In this document: positions 1 to 9,264 of the stretch, piece by piece
Position numbering within the stretch: position 1 is the stretch's first letter
How the letters are laid out: the number at the start of each line of letters is the position of its first letter
NCBI GenBank assembly: GCA_947442065.1
Contig: CANEUY010000001.1
Coordinates: forward strand, 1-62,417
Direction of reading: 5' to 3'
DNA length: 62,417 nucleotides
Source of the DNA: Verrucomicrobia subdivision 6 bacterium
GTDB taxonomy: Bacteria > Verrucomicrobiota > Verrucomicrobiia > Methylacidiphilales > Verrucolacustridaceae
The notes under the pieces: generated by a model
Database searches by the model: none
What the model saw: only the letters and a program-made list of their open reading frames with translations
What the model was told of the DNA's origin: nothing
Translations under genes and position numbers: made by a program

Positions 1-3000
1 GAAACGCACTGAACGGGCCACCGGATTCAGTCGGGCCCCCTGGCAGGCAGGACAAGGGAGGAGTTCGCCCTCGCCAACTTCTTCCCGGGCCAATTCCAAC
101 TGCTGTTCCTTTTCAGCTTCGTCATCGGTGTCGAGTTCGGGAGGTTTGGCCAAAAGGGTGCCGTACCCCTGACATTCCGGGCACCAACCATGGGGGCTGT
201 TGAACGAGAACATCCGGGGGTCGAGTTCGTCAAAAGACCGGCCGGTACCCGGGCAGAATAGGTGGTGGCTGTGAATGGTGGTTTTTCCACGGCTATCGAT
301 GGCGTAGAGGGTTCCTTTCCCGAGCGAGAGGGCCAGGGATACAAGGACAGGCAGATCTTTTCGCCCCGGGGTGAGTTGGCCGACTAACACTTCAATCTGA
401 TGTTCTTTGTAGCGGTCGAGGGGTTGGAAGTTTGCGGGTTCGACCCACTGCCCGTCGACCCGGAGAAGTTTATAGCCCTTTTTGACGGCCCAGCGGGCGA
501 CTTCGGTATGGAAGCCCTTTCGCCCCCGGATCAGGGGGGCAAGCAGGTCGAGACGTTTGGATTTGCGAAGCTGGGTTTTGATCCGTTGGATGATGTCGGC
601 TGAATTCTGCCGGATGGCGGCTTCCCCTGTGTCAGGATCGTGCTGGACGCCGAGTTTGGCATAAAGGAGGCGAAGGAACTGATAGAGCTCCGTCACCGTG
701 GCGACGGTGGATTTTCGACCCCCTCGGGTGGTTCGTTGTTCGATGGCGACGGAGGGAGGGAGGCCGGAGATGGAATCCACGTCGGGTTTCTCAAGTTGTT
801 CCACAAACTGGCGGGCGTAAGTGTTGAGGCAGTCGAGGTAACGGCGTTGGCCTTCGGAAAAGAGGAGGTCAAAGGCCAGAGTGCTTTTTCCGGAACCGGA
901 AAGTCCGGTGACGACGACCATCTTGTTTTGGGGAATCTTGAGATCGAAGTTTTTCAGGTTGTGATGGCGGGCACCCCGGACGGCAATGCTGAGTGGGGAG
1001 GGTGCATTCTCCGAGGAAGAGGCTTCATGAAGGCGAAGAGGTTTGACGGGAGTTGAGGCGAGAAGGGGTGCGAGATAGGGAGCCGTGCGGCTTTTTTTGA
1101 CAGTGGCCACGCTTTCCGGGGTGCCAAATGCCACCAGATTTCCACCTTCTGCTCCGGCTTCGGGGCCGAGATCGAGAACCCAGTCAGCATTTTTAATGAC
1201 ATCCAGATGGTGTTCGATCACCAGGAGGGAAGCTCCCTGGTCGACGAGGCGATGAAGGAGGGTGATCAGCAGGGCGACGTCATCGAGGTGAAGGCCTGTG
1301 GTCGGTTCGTCGAGAATGAGCAAGGGAGAGGCATCCGGGGAGGGAGTGGATTTCTTTTTGGGTCCCCGCTTGGGGTTTTTGGATTCCTCCTCCCTCGGGG
1401 CAAGATGGGCAACTAGTTTGAGACGCTGGGCTTCCCCACCGGAAAGCTGGCTGAGGGGCTGACCGCACCGGAGATAGCCGAGGCCGACTTCCGCAAGGAG
1501 AGAGAGGGAACGGCAAATCTTCTGGTGGCATTCCCGTGCGCGGGGGGTGAGGGTTTCGCGTAGGGAGAAGTGTTGAAGAGCTTCCGTGGCAGTCATCTCC
1601 AGAAGCTGGTCGATGGATTTTCCCAAATATGGGGCGGTCAGAACGTGGGGTTGGAAGCGGCGACCCTCGCAGGATGGGCAGGTGACAAACACGTCGGAAA
1701 GGAACTGCATCGAGACTTTCTCGTAGCCCATACCGCCACAACGTTCACAACGACCGCCTCCGGCATTGAAGGAGAAGGCCGAGGCCGGCAGTCCGGCGGA
1801 CTGGGCTTCCTCGGTCGAGGCGTAGAGTTCCCGGACAAGATCATAGATATCGAGGTAGAGCAGGGGGGTAGAGCGCGGGGTTTGGCTGAGAGGGGATTGG
1901 TCGACGAGAATGACTTCGGAAATGTTTTCGGAACCGGTCAGGGATTTGAGTTCGGGAAGATTTTCGACGGCCCGCCCCATCCGATGGAGCAGGGTTTTAT
2001 GGACGATTTCATGGACCAAGGTGCTTTTACCCGAACCGCTGACACCGGAAACGGCCACCAAACGCCGCAGGGGAAAAGATGTGTCGAGATTTCGGATGTT
2101 ATGGCAATTCGCACCCTTGAGGCGAAGCCAAGGGTGATGTTTATCCGGGCAGGGCCTGCGTTTCTCCGGAAGAGGAATCGTGCGTCGACCCGAAAGGTAG
2201 GCACCGGTCGGGGAGTTCTTGATTTTGGGTAATCCGGCGGGAGGGCCCGAGTAAAGAAGTTCGCCTCCTTCGCCACCTGAACCGGGGCCAAGTTCGAGGA
2301 GGTTTTCGGCGGAACGGATGACGGTTTCATCGTGTTCGACGACAAGGACCGTGTTGCCAGCGGCACGAAGTTCGCGGAGGAGCTCGAGAAGACGACCGGT
2401 GTCGCGCGGATGGAGGCCGATACTGGGTTCATCGAGGACGAAAAGAGTTCCGGTTAGTCCGGTACCGAGGCAACCGGTAAGGTTCACTCGTTGAAGTTCT
2501 CCTCCCGAGAGCGTCCGGGTGGGGCGGTCCAGTGTGAGGTATCCGAGGCCGACGCTGATCAGGTAACGGAGGCGGTGACGGATATTTTCCAGAGGGGTTT
2601 GGGCAGAGGGATCCTTGGTTTTTATTTTCTGGAATAGGGCCGCAAGTTCGGAAAGCGGAAGGGAGTTGAGTTCGGGCATGGTCTTCCCCGCGACCCGCCA
2701 GTAAGTGGTTTCGGGCCGGTACCGTTGGCCGGAGCATTCGGGACAGGTTCGGTAGGCGCGATAGCGGGCCAGGAGGATCCGGACATGCATCTTGTATGTT
2801 TTGGTTTCCAGCCATCGGAAAAAGCCACGGACGCCGTACCAGTCGCCGGATTCCCAGAGTTCCGAGAGTTCCCGGGTTGATCCGTTTTTCCCTTCGAGGA
2901 CAAACTTTTGTTGGTCGGGAGTGAGTTCCTGAAAGGGGACTTCGAGCGGGATTTTGTTTTTGCGGCAGGCTTTTTCAAGGTCCTTCTGGCATTCCTCAAA

Positions 3001-3978
3001 GCTGGCGGTTTGCCACGGTTTGACGGCACCGCCGGCCAGCGTGAGATTACGGTCCGGGAGAGCGAGGGACTCGTCGATTTCAATGATCCGCCCGAAACCG
3101 CGGCAGGCGGGGCAGGCCCCGAGCGGATGGTTGAAGGAAAAGAGGGCAGGGGTGGGCTCGTGAAAATCCCGTTCATCCCGGGGGCAGTAGTAGCGGTCGG
3201 AATACAGGTGGAGGTCGACGGGATTCTGGGCGAGGGAGATTGCGACGACGCCCTTGCCGTAGCGCAGGCATGAGGTCAATGCCTCGGCGAGCCGGGCCTG
3301 ATGGGCAGGGGTTAGTGGAATGCGGTCCTGAATGACCGGGACAAGGAGGTTTTTTTCCTTGGGGGTTTGGGCCAACGCTCGGGCCAGAGCTTCAAGACCG
3401 GAGGCCTCATCAAGTCGTTCGGGTTGTCCATGGAGAAGGATTCGGCGGAAACCTTGGCGGGATAGAAAGGCTGCGGCCTCATCCGCGGGGGTCTTTTGTG
3501 GAAAGGGGATGCGGAAAAGAAACCAAGCTTCCTGATTGGGGTAGCGGGAAAGCAGGTCGGAAAGGATGGAATGGGGGGTCCATGGCCGGACCGGTTCGGA
3601 ACAATCCGGGCAATTGAGATGAGCCAGACGGGGAAAAACTAATTTGAGGTGGTCGGCAATTTCGGTGACGGTCCCGACGGTGCTACGGGAGGAGCGGACG
3701 GGATTGCCTTGGCCAAGGGCGATAGCGGGGGGAATTCCCTCGATCCGATCCACGCGGGGTCGATCCATCCGTTCGAGGAACTGACGTGTGTAGGGACTAA
3801 AGGTTTCCGCGTAACGGCGTTGGCCTTCCGCATACAGGGTGTCAAAGGCGAGGGAGGACTTACCCGAGCCGGACGGACCGGTCAGGACATGGAACATGCC
3901 GAGGGGCAGGTCGAACGTGAGATTCTTCAGGTTGTTCTGACAAGCTCCTTCGATGCGGATAAAACCAGACGATTCCAT
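1..3978 (-). CDS. uvrA: Excinuclease ABC subunit A, tandem double-length form (3' part runs off the left edge)
   Basis: Absent from the ORF track because no stop lies in the window. My translation from ATG 3978 gives MESSGFIRIEGACQNNLKNL...TGPSGSGKSSLAFDTLYAEGQRRY and later VLDEPSIGLHPRD. A second UvrA N-terminus begins near 990 ([39 protein letters not shown]). The zinc-finger motif CPACQGARLN is at the window edge in the same frame as ATG 3978. Confidence 0.93.
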   Translation of the reverse strand, partial: MESSGFIRIEGACQNNLKNLTFDLPLGMFHVLTGPSGSGKSSLAFDTLYAEGQRRYAETFSPYTRQFLERMDRPRVDRIEGIPPAIALGQGNPVRSSRSTVGTVTEIADHLKLVFPRLAHLNCPDCSEPVRPWTPHSILSDLLSRYPNQEAWFLFRIPFPQKTPADEAAAFLSRQGFRRILLHGQPERLDEASGLEALARALAQTPKEKNLLVPVIQDRIPLTPAHQARLAEALTSCLRYGKGVVAISLAQNPVDLHLYSDRYYCPRDERDFHEPTPALFSFNHPLGACPACRGFGRIIEIDESLALPDRNLTLAGGAVKPWQTASFEECQKDLEKACRKNKIPLEVPFQELTPDQQKFVLEGKNGSTRELSELWESGDWYGVRGFFRWLETKTYKMHVRILLARYRAYRTCPECSGQRYRPETTYWRVAGKTMPELNSLPLSELAALFQKIKTKDPSAQTPLENIRHRLRYLISVGLGYLTLDRPTRTLSGGELQRVNLTGCLGTGLTGTLFVLDEPSIGLHPRDTGRLLELLRELRAAGNTVLVVEHDETVIRSAENLLELGPGSGGEGGELLYSGPPAGLPKIKNSPTGAYLSGRRTIPLPEKRRPCPDKHHPWLRLKGANCHNIRNLDTSFPLRRLVAVSGVSGSGKSTLVHEIVHKTLLHRMGRAVENLPELKSLTGSENISEVILVDQSPLSQTPRSTPLLYLDIYDLVRELYASTEEAQSAGLPASAFSFNAGGGRCERCGGMGYEKVSMQFLSDVFVTCPSCEGRRFQPHVLTAPYLGKSIDQLLEMTATEALQHFSLRETLTPRARECHQKICRSLSLLAEVGLGYLRCGQPLSQLSGGEAQRLKLVAHLAPREEESKNPKRGPKKKSTPSPDASPLLILDEPTTGLHLDDVALLITLLHRLVDQGASLLVIEHHLDVIKNADWVLDLGPEAGAEGGNLVAFGTPESVATVKKSRTAPYLAPLLASTPVKPLRLHEASSSENAPSPLSIAVRGARHHNLKNFDLKIPQNKMVVVTGLSGSGKSTLAFDLLFSEGQRRYLDCLNTYARQFVEQLEKPDVDSISGLPPSVAIEQRTTRGGRKSTVATVTELYQFLRLLYAKLGVQHDPDTGEAAIRQNSADIIQRIKTQLRKSKRLDLLAPLIRGRKGFHTEVARWAVKKGYKLLRVDGQWVEPANFQPLDRYKEHQIEVLVGQLTPGRKDLPVLVSLALSLGKGTLYAIDSRGKTTIHSHHLFCPGTGRSFDELDPRMFSFNSPHGWCPECQGYGTLLAKPPELDTDDEAEKEQQLELAREEVGEGELLPCPACQGARLNPVARSVRF

Positions 3979-4058
3979 GGGGTGACTAAGCTAGCCCTGT
4001 CTGGGGCTGGAACAAATGACAGACTTGGTCTGGATTGAAAAAAGTCTAGAAAGGAAGG

Positions 4059-4601
4059 ATGCAACACCGTCTCAAAAGTCTGCTCCACCGGCTGAAGCTC
4101 AGCCCGGAGCATCTCCGGGCCGGATGGGTGGGGAAATGGCTGGGAAAGCACGGGGTGAACCCTGATCTGTGGAGTTTTCAGCGGGGGCCGGTGGCCCGGG
4201 CGATGGTGGCGGGGTTATTGCCGGCCACGAGTCCTTTGCTGGGTCTGCATCATATTCTTGCAGTGATTTTGGCGGTAATTTTACGGGCCAATGTCCCGAC
4301 TGCTGTGGTGGTGCAGACGGCAAACAACCCCCTGACCATTCCGGTGTACTACACCATGGCCTATCATGTGGGGGAGTTGGCTCTGGGCCGGCCAACGAAG
4401 TATGAGGGGGGGATTCCCGAGAAAATGAGGAAACTGGATCAAACCGTGGGACTTCGGGCAAAGTTGAGGGTGCTGGCCGGGGAGTTCGCGATGGTCGTGG
4501 TTCCGTTAACGGTGGGTTGCAGCATCATCGGAGTGGTGGTTTCTGCCGCGGGGTATGGGCTGATCTACGCAATCTGGCCGGCGGAAGGTAAGGAAAAATA
4601 G
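4059..4601 (+). CDS. DUF2062-family membrane protein
   Basis: LW...R.PVARAM.AGL...SP..G.H and NNPLTIPVYY..AY.VG motifs with hydrophobic segments. Confidence 0.75.
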   Translation: MQHRLKSLLHRLKLSPEHLRAGWVGKWLGKHGVNPDLWSFQRGPVARAMVAGLLPATSPLLGLHHILAVILAVILRANVPTAVVVQTANNPLTIPVYYTMAYHVGELALGRPTKYEGGIPEKMRKLDQTVGLRAKLRVLAGEFAMVVVPLTVGCSIIGVVVSAAGYGLIYAIWPAEGKEK

Positions 4602-4610
4602 GATAGAAGA

Positions 4611-5657
4611 TCAGACAGAGCGCTCGCGGGGGGTGCTACGGAGATGGATCGTCTTGTGTTCAAGGTCGTGGACGGCGCGGATGTAGCGGACCGTTCGGCT
4701 CCGGGCGCGCATCAGAATGGAGTGAGTGATGGCTTTGTGGCCGATGAGTTTCACTCCCGGAAGAAGGGGGCTTTCGATGATTCCCGTGGCACAGAAAATG
4801 GCGCTCTCCCCGGTGACGATGTGGGCGGATCGATAAATTCTCTCAATCTCCTTTTCAGGGACCCCTTTGACTTCCCGGGCTTTGGCCTCGGGATTGGGAA
4901 ACCACATGCGGAGTTGGATCTCGCCCCCGAGGGCGCGTAGGGCTGTGGCGGTGAGGACGCCTTCTGGAGATCCACCGATGCCGACATAGAGGTCGATGCC
5001 GGAATCCGGAAGGGAGGGGGCGACCGCAGCGGTGATATCGCCATCGGCGATTGTGCGGAGAGAAGCTCCGGCTCGACGGATGGCATCAATGAAGGGCTGG
5101 TTGCGGGGACGATCCAGGACGAGGACCACAAGATCCCCGACGCGCTTTTGCAGAATTTTTGCCATGCGGTGGAGAGTCTCCTCCAAAGGGGCGTCCAGAA
5201 AGTTGGCTTGGGGATCTTCTTTCTCAAGGACGCGGGCCACCGTGGGTCCGTAGGAAACCTTGTGGGAATAATAACTGGGGATATTCCGCATGACGGATTC
5301 AACCGAGTTTTCCGGAACTTCGGCCGCTGCCATAACCGAGATGGCGTTGGGGGAGCCTTTTGAAAGGTTGGTGGTACCGTCGACTGGATCGAGGGCGATG
5401 TTGAAGCGGGGTGTTTTTTGGGTCCATTTTCCCAATCGGTCGCCTAGGAATATCCCCGGAGCGTTGTCCTTAATACCCTCGCCGATGACAACTTCCCCAC
5501 GAATGTCCACGAGATCAAAAACCCCTTGGATGGCATCGCAAGCAGCGGCATCGGCGGCATTCTTGTCCCCTTGGCCGATAAAACGCATGGCGTTCAAGGC
5601 TGCATTTTCCGTAGCCCTAACAAACTCAAATTCGACCGTCCGCTCCGGGTCATGCAT
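4611..5657 (-). CDS. glpX: Class II fructose-1,6-bisphosphatase
   Basis: VRATENAA, GDKNAADAAA, VVIGEG, DPVDGTT, DRPRN, IADGDI and GIGGSPEGVL motifs. Confidence 0.93.
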   Translation of the reverse strand: MHDPERTVEFEFVRATENAALNAMRFIGQGDKNAADAAACDAIQGVFDLVDIRGEVVIGEGIKDNAPGIFLGDRLGKWTQKTPRFNIALDPVDGTTNLSKGSPNAISVMAAAEVPENSVESVMRNIPSYYSHKVSYGPTVARVLEKEDPQANFLDAPLEETLHRMAKILQKRVGDLVVLVLDRPRNQPFIDAIRRAGASLRTIADGDITAAVAPSLPDSGIDLYVGIGGSPEGVLTATALRALGGEIQLRMWFPNPEAKAREVKGVPEKEIERIYRSAHIVTGESAIFCATGIIESPLLPGVKLIGHKAITHSILMRARSRTVRYIRAVHDLEHKTIHLRSTPRERSV

Positions 5658-5761
5658 AAGCTACTGATTCTAAGTACCTACAATTGTCCCACCAAGAACT
5701 TAAAGCGATTCCTAGGCGCGATAGCTTGACGGATAAAAACAAGGGTTTTAAATACGTTTAA

Positions 5762-6352
5762 ATGCGTAAATTGTTGATTCCAGCGATTTTGGGCTTCTGT
5801 TGGACCCCGTTGCATTCTGAGGAGACGGTTGTGGTGCCGGATTTTCGCCCCGCGAAAGTTGAACTCACCACCAATGGGGCGGTTGCTCCTTCCAGCACAA
5901 CCAACCGGATTCCGGACGGCATGACTGCTGATCTTTCTGTTGAGACCGACAAGAACTTCCGCCTGAACAAAATCTACACCTATCTGAATGATCCGGAAAA
6001 AAACCGCCCGTCCAAAGACAATGCCATGCTGGTTTATGAGGCGAAATATTGGAACCACGGGGCGGTTTTGGAAAAAGATAAGCAGGCAAAAAAAGGGAAT
6101 ATCTTTGTCATTAACTGGCAGAATGACGGTCGTCCTGAAAATCTGACCGTGCGATTGGACTACCGTCAGGCAAACACGCGGGAGCGGGTGATGACCAAAA
6201 CCCAGGAATACAAGAATTTTGAAGGGTATGAAAAAACGGTGATCAAGGTGACCGGAGATGAGTACCTTCGGGGTGGGGTGGTGAACTCCTGGAGAATTTC
6301 GATCGTGCGGGATGGAAAAATCGTCGCCCAGGAAAAATCGTTTATTTGGTAG
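5762..6352 (+). CDS. Secreted hypothetical protein
   Basis: Signal-peptide-like N-terminus (MRKLLIPAILGFCWTPLHS) and a beta-rich C-terminal half. Clean ORF in an otherwise empty space. Confidence 0.7.
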   Translation: MRKLLIPAILGFCWTPLHSEETVVVPDFRPAKVELTTNGAVAPSSTTNRIPDGMTADLSVETDKNFRLNKIYTYLNDPEKNRPSKDNAMLVYEAKYWNHGAVLEKDKQAKKGNIFVINWQNDGRPENLTVRLDYRQANTRERVMTKTQEYKNFEGYEKTVIKVTGDEYLRGGVVNSWRISIVRDGKIVAQEKSFIW

Positions 6353-6372
6353 TTGAACGGCTCTGGAACGTC

Positions 6373-6401
6373 TTGTTTCCCTCGGCGGAAAAACTTAGGA
6401 T
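6373..6401 (+). promoter_or_regulatory. Sigma-70-type promoter, probably for a leaderless transcript of the repeat protein/cyclase pair
   Basis: TTGTTT (6373-6378), 17-nt spacer, TAGGAT (6396-6401), then ATG 6 nt later at 6408 with no SD. Confidence 0.5.
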
Positions 6402-6407
6402 TCGAAT

Positions 6408-6863
6408 ATGAATGCGGTAAAATCCCCTACCGAAGATGGATGCTTAGATGAACTGGAAAGGGAGCATGAAATCCGGAATCTGAGGGAGACGGTGGAGGCT
6501 TTGCGGGATGCGTTGGAGAAGCAAAAGGCAGGAACTTCTGGGGAAGTGGCCGAAGCCGTGGCGGAAGCTCATACGGAGATTCGCGATTTGAAATCGACAA
6601 TCAGCGAAATGCGCATGGAAATTGAGCGGCGCAAGGCTGCCGGAGAAGAAGCAGTGCAGAACGTTTTGGCCAAGGCGGCAGAAGACGGTCGTCAGCTGCA
6701 ATCCTCTGTTCAGGCCCTGCGGGATCAGTTGGAAAGGGTAAAGGCCCGTCATGAAGATGAGGCTCAGTTGATGCGGCGGGTCCACCGGGACGAGACGGCA
6801 GAGTTGGAGAAAACGATCCAGAGAATTCGTGGAGAGTTGGAGGCGTGCCGTGGCCAAAAGTAA
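6408..6863 (+). CDS. Helical protein with about 3.6 tandem 36-aa repeats, unknown function
   Basis: Repeats start EIRNLRETVEALRDALE / EIRDLKSTISEMRMEIE / DGRQLQSSVQALRDQLE / ETAELEKTIQRIRGELE at exact 36-aa spacing. Overlaps the next gene. Confidence 0.75.
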   Translation: MNAVKSPTEDGCLDELEREHEIRNLRETVEALRDALEKQKAGTSGEVAEAVAEAHTEIRDLKSTISEMRMEIERRKAAGEEAVQNVLAKAAEDGRQLQSSVQALRDQLERVKARHEDEAQLMRRVHRDETAELEKTIQRIRGELEACRGQK

Positions 6864-9120
6864 AAGCCCCATCGACACGCTCAGTCTCGCAGAAGCCAAG
6901 ATTCTCCTCGAGGTGGCCCGAAAGGTCGCGGATGGACAGACTTTGGATGAACAACTTGAAACCTTGGTCGCGTTGGTCACGGAGGCGACCGGGGCTGACC
7001 GCGGAACTCTTTTTGTCAACGACCCCGCCACCGAGGAGCTTTACAGCCGGGTCACCGTGGGCGGTTTAAAAAGGGAGATACGAATTCTGAATAATACCGG
7101 AATTGCCGGGCATGTGTTCCAGTCCGGGAAGGGGCTTTTGGTGAAAGATGTCTATCAGGATTCGCGTTTCAATAAGTCGGTGGATGAACAGACCGGCTAC
7201 CGAACTCGCTCGATTGCCTGTGCTCCCATCCGGACCGTTCGGGGGGAACTGATTGGGGTTGTTGAGGTGTTGAATCGGAAGGGGAATAAAACGGCCCATT
7301 TCACCCCGAAAGATCTAAAACTTCTGGAGGCAATGGCGATGCAGTCTTCCGTTTCCCTTCAGAGGAGTCTCCTCCTGGAATTGGGGGAAAAGGAGAAGGC
7401 AAAAGAGGCGGAATTTCTGGGTGTGGTTTCCGAGATTTCGGGAGAGATTCAGCTCGGAAATCTTTTGGCCAAGATCATCCGCACGATCACTCGTTTGCTC
7501 CATGCCGAGAGATCGACCCTTTTCATTAATGATGAAAAGACCAATGAGTTGTACACCGAGGTGGGAGAAGGATTGGGGGCGACCCAGATCCGTTTTCCAA
7601 ACCATCTTGGGATAGCTGGAGCGGTTTTCACCAGTGGTCAGGCGGTGAATATCCAGCATGCTTACGCCGATCTGAGGTTTAATCCGGGTTTTGACAAGAA
7701 AACCGGATTCTTCACCCGTTCGATTCTCTGTACCCCCGTGATCAACAAGGCCGGAAAGGTGATCGGGGCAACCCAGGTGTTGAACAAGAGGGGAGGTGCC
7801 TTTACCCAGGAGGATGAGGCCAAACTCAAGGCTTTCACGGCGCAGGTTTCGGTCGCGTTGGAGAACGCCAAGCTCTTTGACGATGTTCAGAACATGAAGA
7901 ACTACGCCGAATCGATGTTGGAGAGCATGTCAAACGCCGTGGTGACCCTGAACGAGGAAGGGGTGATCCAGACCTGCAATGCACCGGGGTACAAGATTCT
8001 CAAGACCTCAGGGAAGGAGATTCTGAAAAAGAAGGCCGCCGAATTCTTTATTGGGAAAAATGTATGGATCGAGGAGAAGATACGTCAGGTGGCGGAATCC
8101 AAAGAACCAGCCTTGGTGATGGATGCGGAGATGGAGGTGGCCGGGGAGAAAGTCTCGGCAAACTTTAACGTCCTTCCGTTAATCAGTGTGAAGGGAAAGC
8201 CGCTGGGTACGATGTTGATGATTGAAGATATTAGTGATGAAAAACGGATGAAGGGGACCATGGCCCGTTACATGGATCCGGCGATTGCCGACCAGTTGAT
8301 GGCCACGGGGAAGGAGGTTCTGGGTGGGAATCTGAGTGAGGCTTCGATTCTGTTTTCGGATGTACGGAGCTTTACGACCCTGACGGAGAGTTTGGGGGCC
8401 CAGGGAACGGTTGGTCTCCTGAACGAATATTTCACCCTGATGGTCGATTGTCTTCAGAAAGAAGGCGGGATGCTGGATAAGTTCATCGGGGATGCAATTA
8501 TGGCCGTGTTCGGTCTTCCCTTGGCGCGGGAGGATGATGCGGATCGTTCCGTGCGTGCGGGCATCGGCATGCTGAGGGAGCTCGACGCCTTCAATCGGGC
8601 GCGGAAAGAGCGTGGGATGATGGCCATTGATATGGGGTTAGGGATCAATACGGATGAGATCGTGAGTGGAAATATTGGTTCCCCCAAGCGGATGAATTAT
8701 ACGGTGATCGGTGACGGCGTGAATTTGGCTGCCCGATTGGAGACGGCCTGCAAGCAGTATGGGGCCAAGATGCTCGTCAGCGACGCAACGGTCAAAAAGC
8801 TGAAGGGGACCTACCGGATGAGGGAGGCGGATCGGGTGGTGGTGAAGGGGAAGACGGAGCCTGTGGTGATTTTCGAGTGTCTGGACTATCACACGGATGA
8901 GACCTTTCCGAATCCGATGGAGGTGATCAACCAGTTCAAGGATGGACTGGCCAAATACCGTAAGCAGGAATGGGAGAAGGCAAAGGCCGCCTTCCAGGAG
9001 GCCTTGAAGGCCAATCCGGGTGACAAGCTGAGTAAGATTTACATCGAGCGGTGTCTGCATTTCCAAAAAGAGCCTCCTGGGGACAAGTGGGACGGCGTTT
9101 GGGTCATGAAGGAAAAATAG
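6850..9120 (+). CDS. Class III adenylate cyclase, GAF-GAF-PAS-CHD plus TPR-like tail
   Basis: Two GAF domains (GIAGHVF...FNKSVDEQTGYRTRSI; GIAGAVF...FNPGFDKKTGFFTRSIL), a PAS-like segment, and the catalytic motifs FSDVRSFT, KFIGDAIM and YTVIGDGVNLAARLE. Probable GTG start at 6850. Confidence 0.92.
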   Translation: MAKSKSPIDTLSLAEAKILLEVARKVADGQTLDEQLETLVALVTEATGADRGTLFVNDPATEELYSRVTVGGLKREIRILNNTGIAGHVFQSGKGLLVKDVYQDSRFNKSVDEQTGYRTRSIACAPIRTVRGELIGVVEVLNRKGNKTAHFTPKDLKLLEAMAMQSSVSLQRSLLLELGEKEKAKEAEFLGVVSEISGEIQLGNLLAKIIRTITRLLHAERSTLFINDEKTNELYTEVGEGLGATQIRFPNHLGIAGAVFTSGQAVNIQHAYADLRFNPGFDKKTGFFTRSILCTPVINKAGKVIGATQVLNKRGGAFTQEDEAKLKAFTAQVSVALENAKLFDDVQNMKNYAESMLESMSNAVVTLNEEGVIQTCNAPGYKILKTSGKEILKKKAAEFFIGKNVWIEEKIRQVAESKEPALVMDAEMEVAGEKVSANFNVLPLISVKGKPLGTMLMIEDISDEKRMKGTMARYMDPAIADQLMATGKEVLGGNLSEASILFSDVRSFTTLTESLGAQGTVGLLNEYFTLMVDCLQKEGGMLDKFIGDAIMAVFGLPLAREDDADRSVRAGIGMLRELDAFNRARKERGMMAIDMGLGINTDEIVSGNIGSPKRMNYTVIGDGVNLAARLETACKQYGAKMLVSDATVKKLKGTYRMREADRVVVKGKTEPVVIFECLDYHTDETFPNPMEVINQFKDGLAKYRKQEWEKAKAAFQEALKANPGDKLSKIYIERCLHFQKEPPGDKWDGVWVMKEK

Positions 9121-9184
9121 CCCTGTTTCCAGAACGATAAGGCGGGATGGACGGAATCAGGGAATCCGCTACCTTTTCAAGTCG

Positions 9185-9256
9185 GGGTCGTTAGCTCAAT
9201 GGTAGAGCTGCTCCCTTTTAAGGAGTAGGTTGTAGGTTCGAGTCCTACACGACCCA
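9185..9256 (+). tRNA. tRNA-Lys (anticodon UUU), CCA not encoded
   Basis: Acceptor stem GGGTCGT/ACGACCC, D arm GCTC..GAGC, anticodon arm GCTCC-CT TTT AA-GGAGT, T arm GTAGG TTCGAGT CCTAC. Confidence 0.95.
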
Positions 9257-9264
9257 ATCTCCCC

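Noticed and set aside
27-4038. Many short ORFs suggesting a fragmented pseudogene
   Set aside because: They are antisense or off-frame shadows of the uvrA frame, which runs off the window edge.
9121-9162. Imperfect inverted repeat CCCTGTTTCC / GGAATCAGGG after the cyclase
   Set aside because: It has a 22-nt loop, no adjacent U-tract and overlaps the putative tRNA promoter. Too weak to call a terminator.
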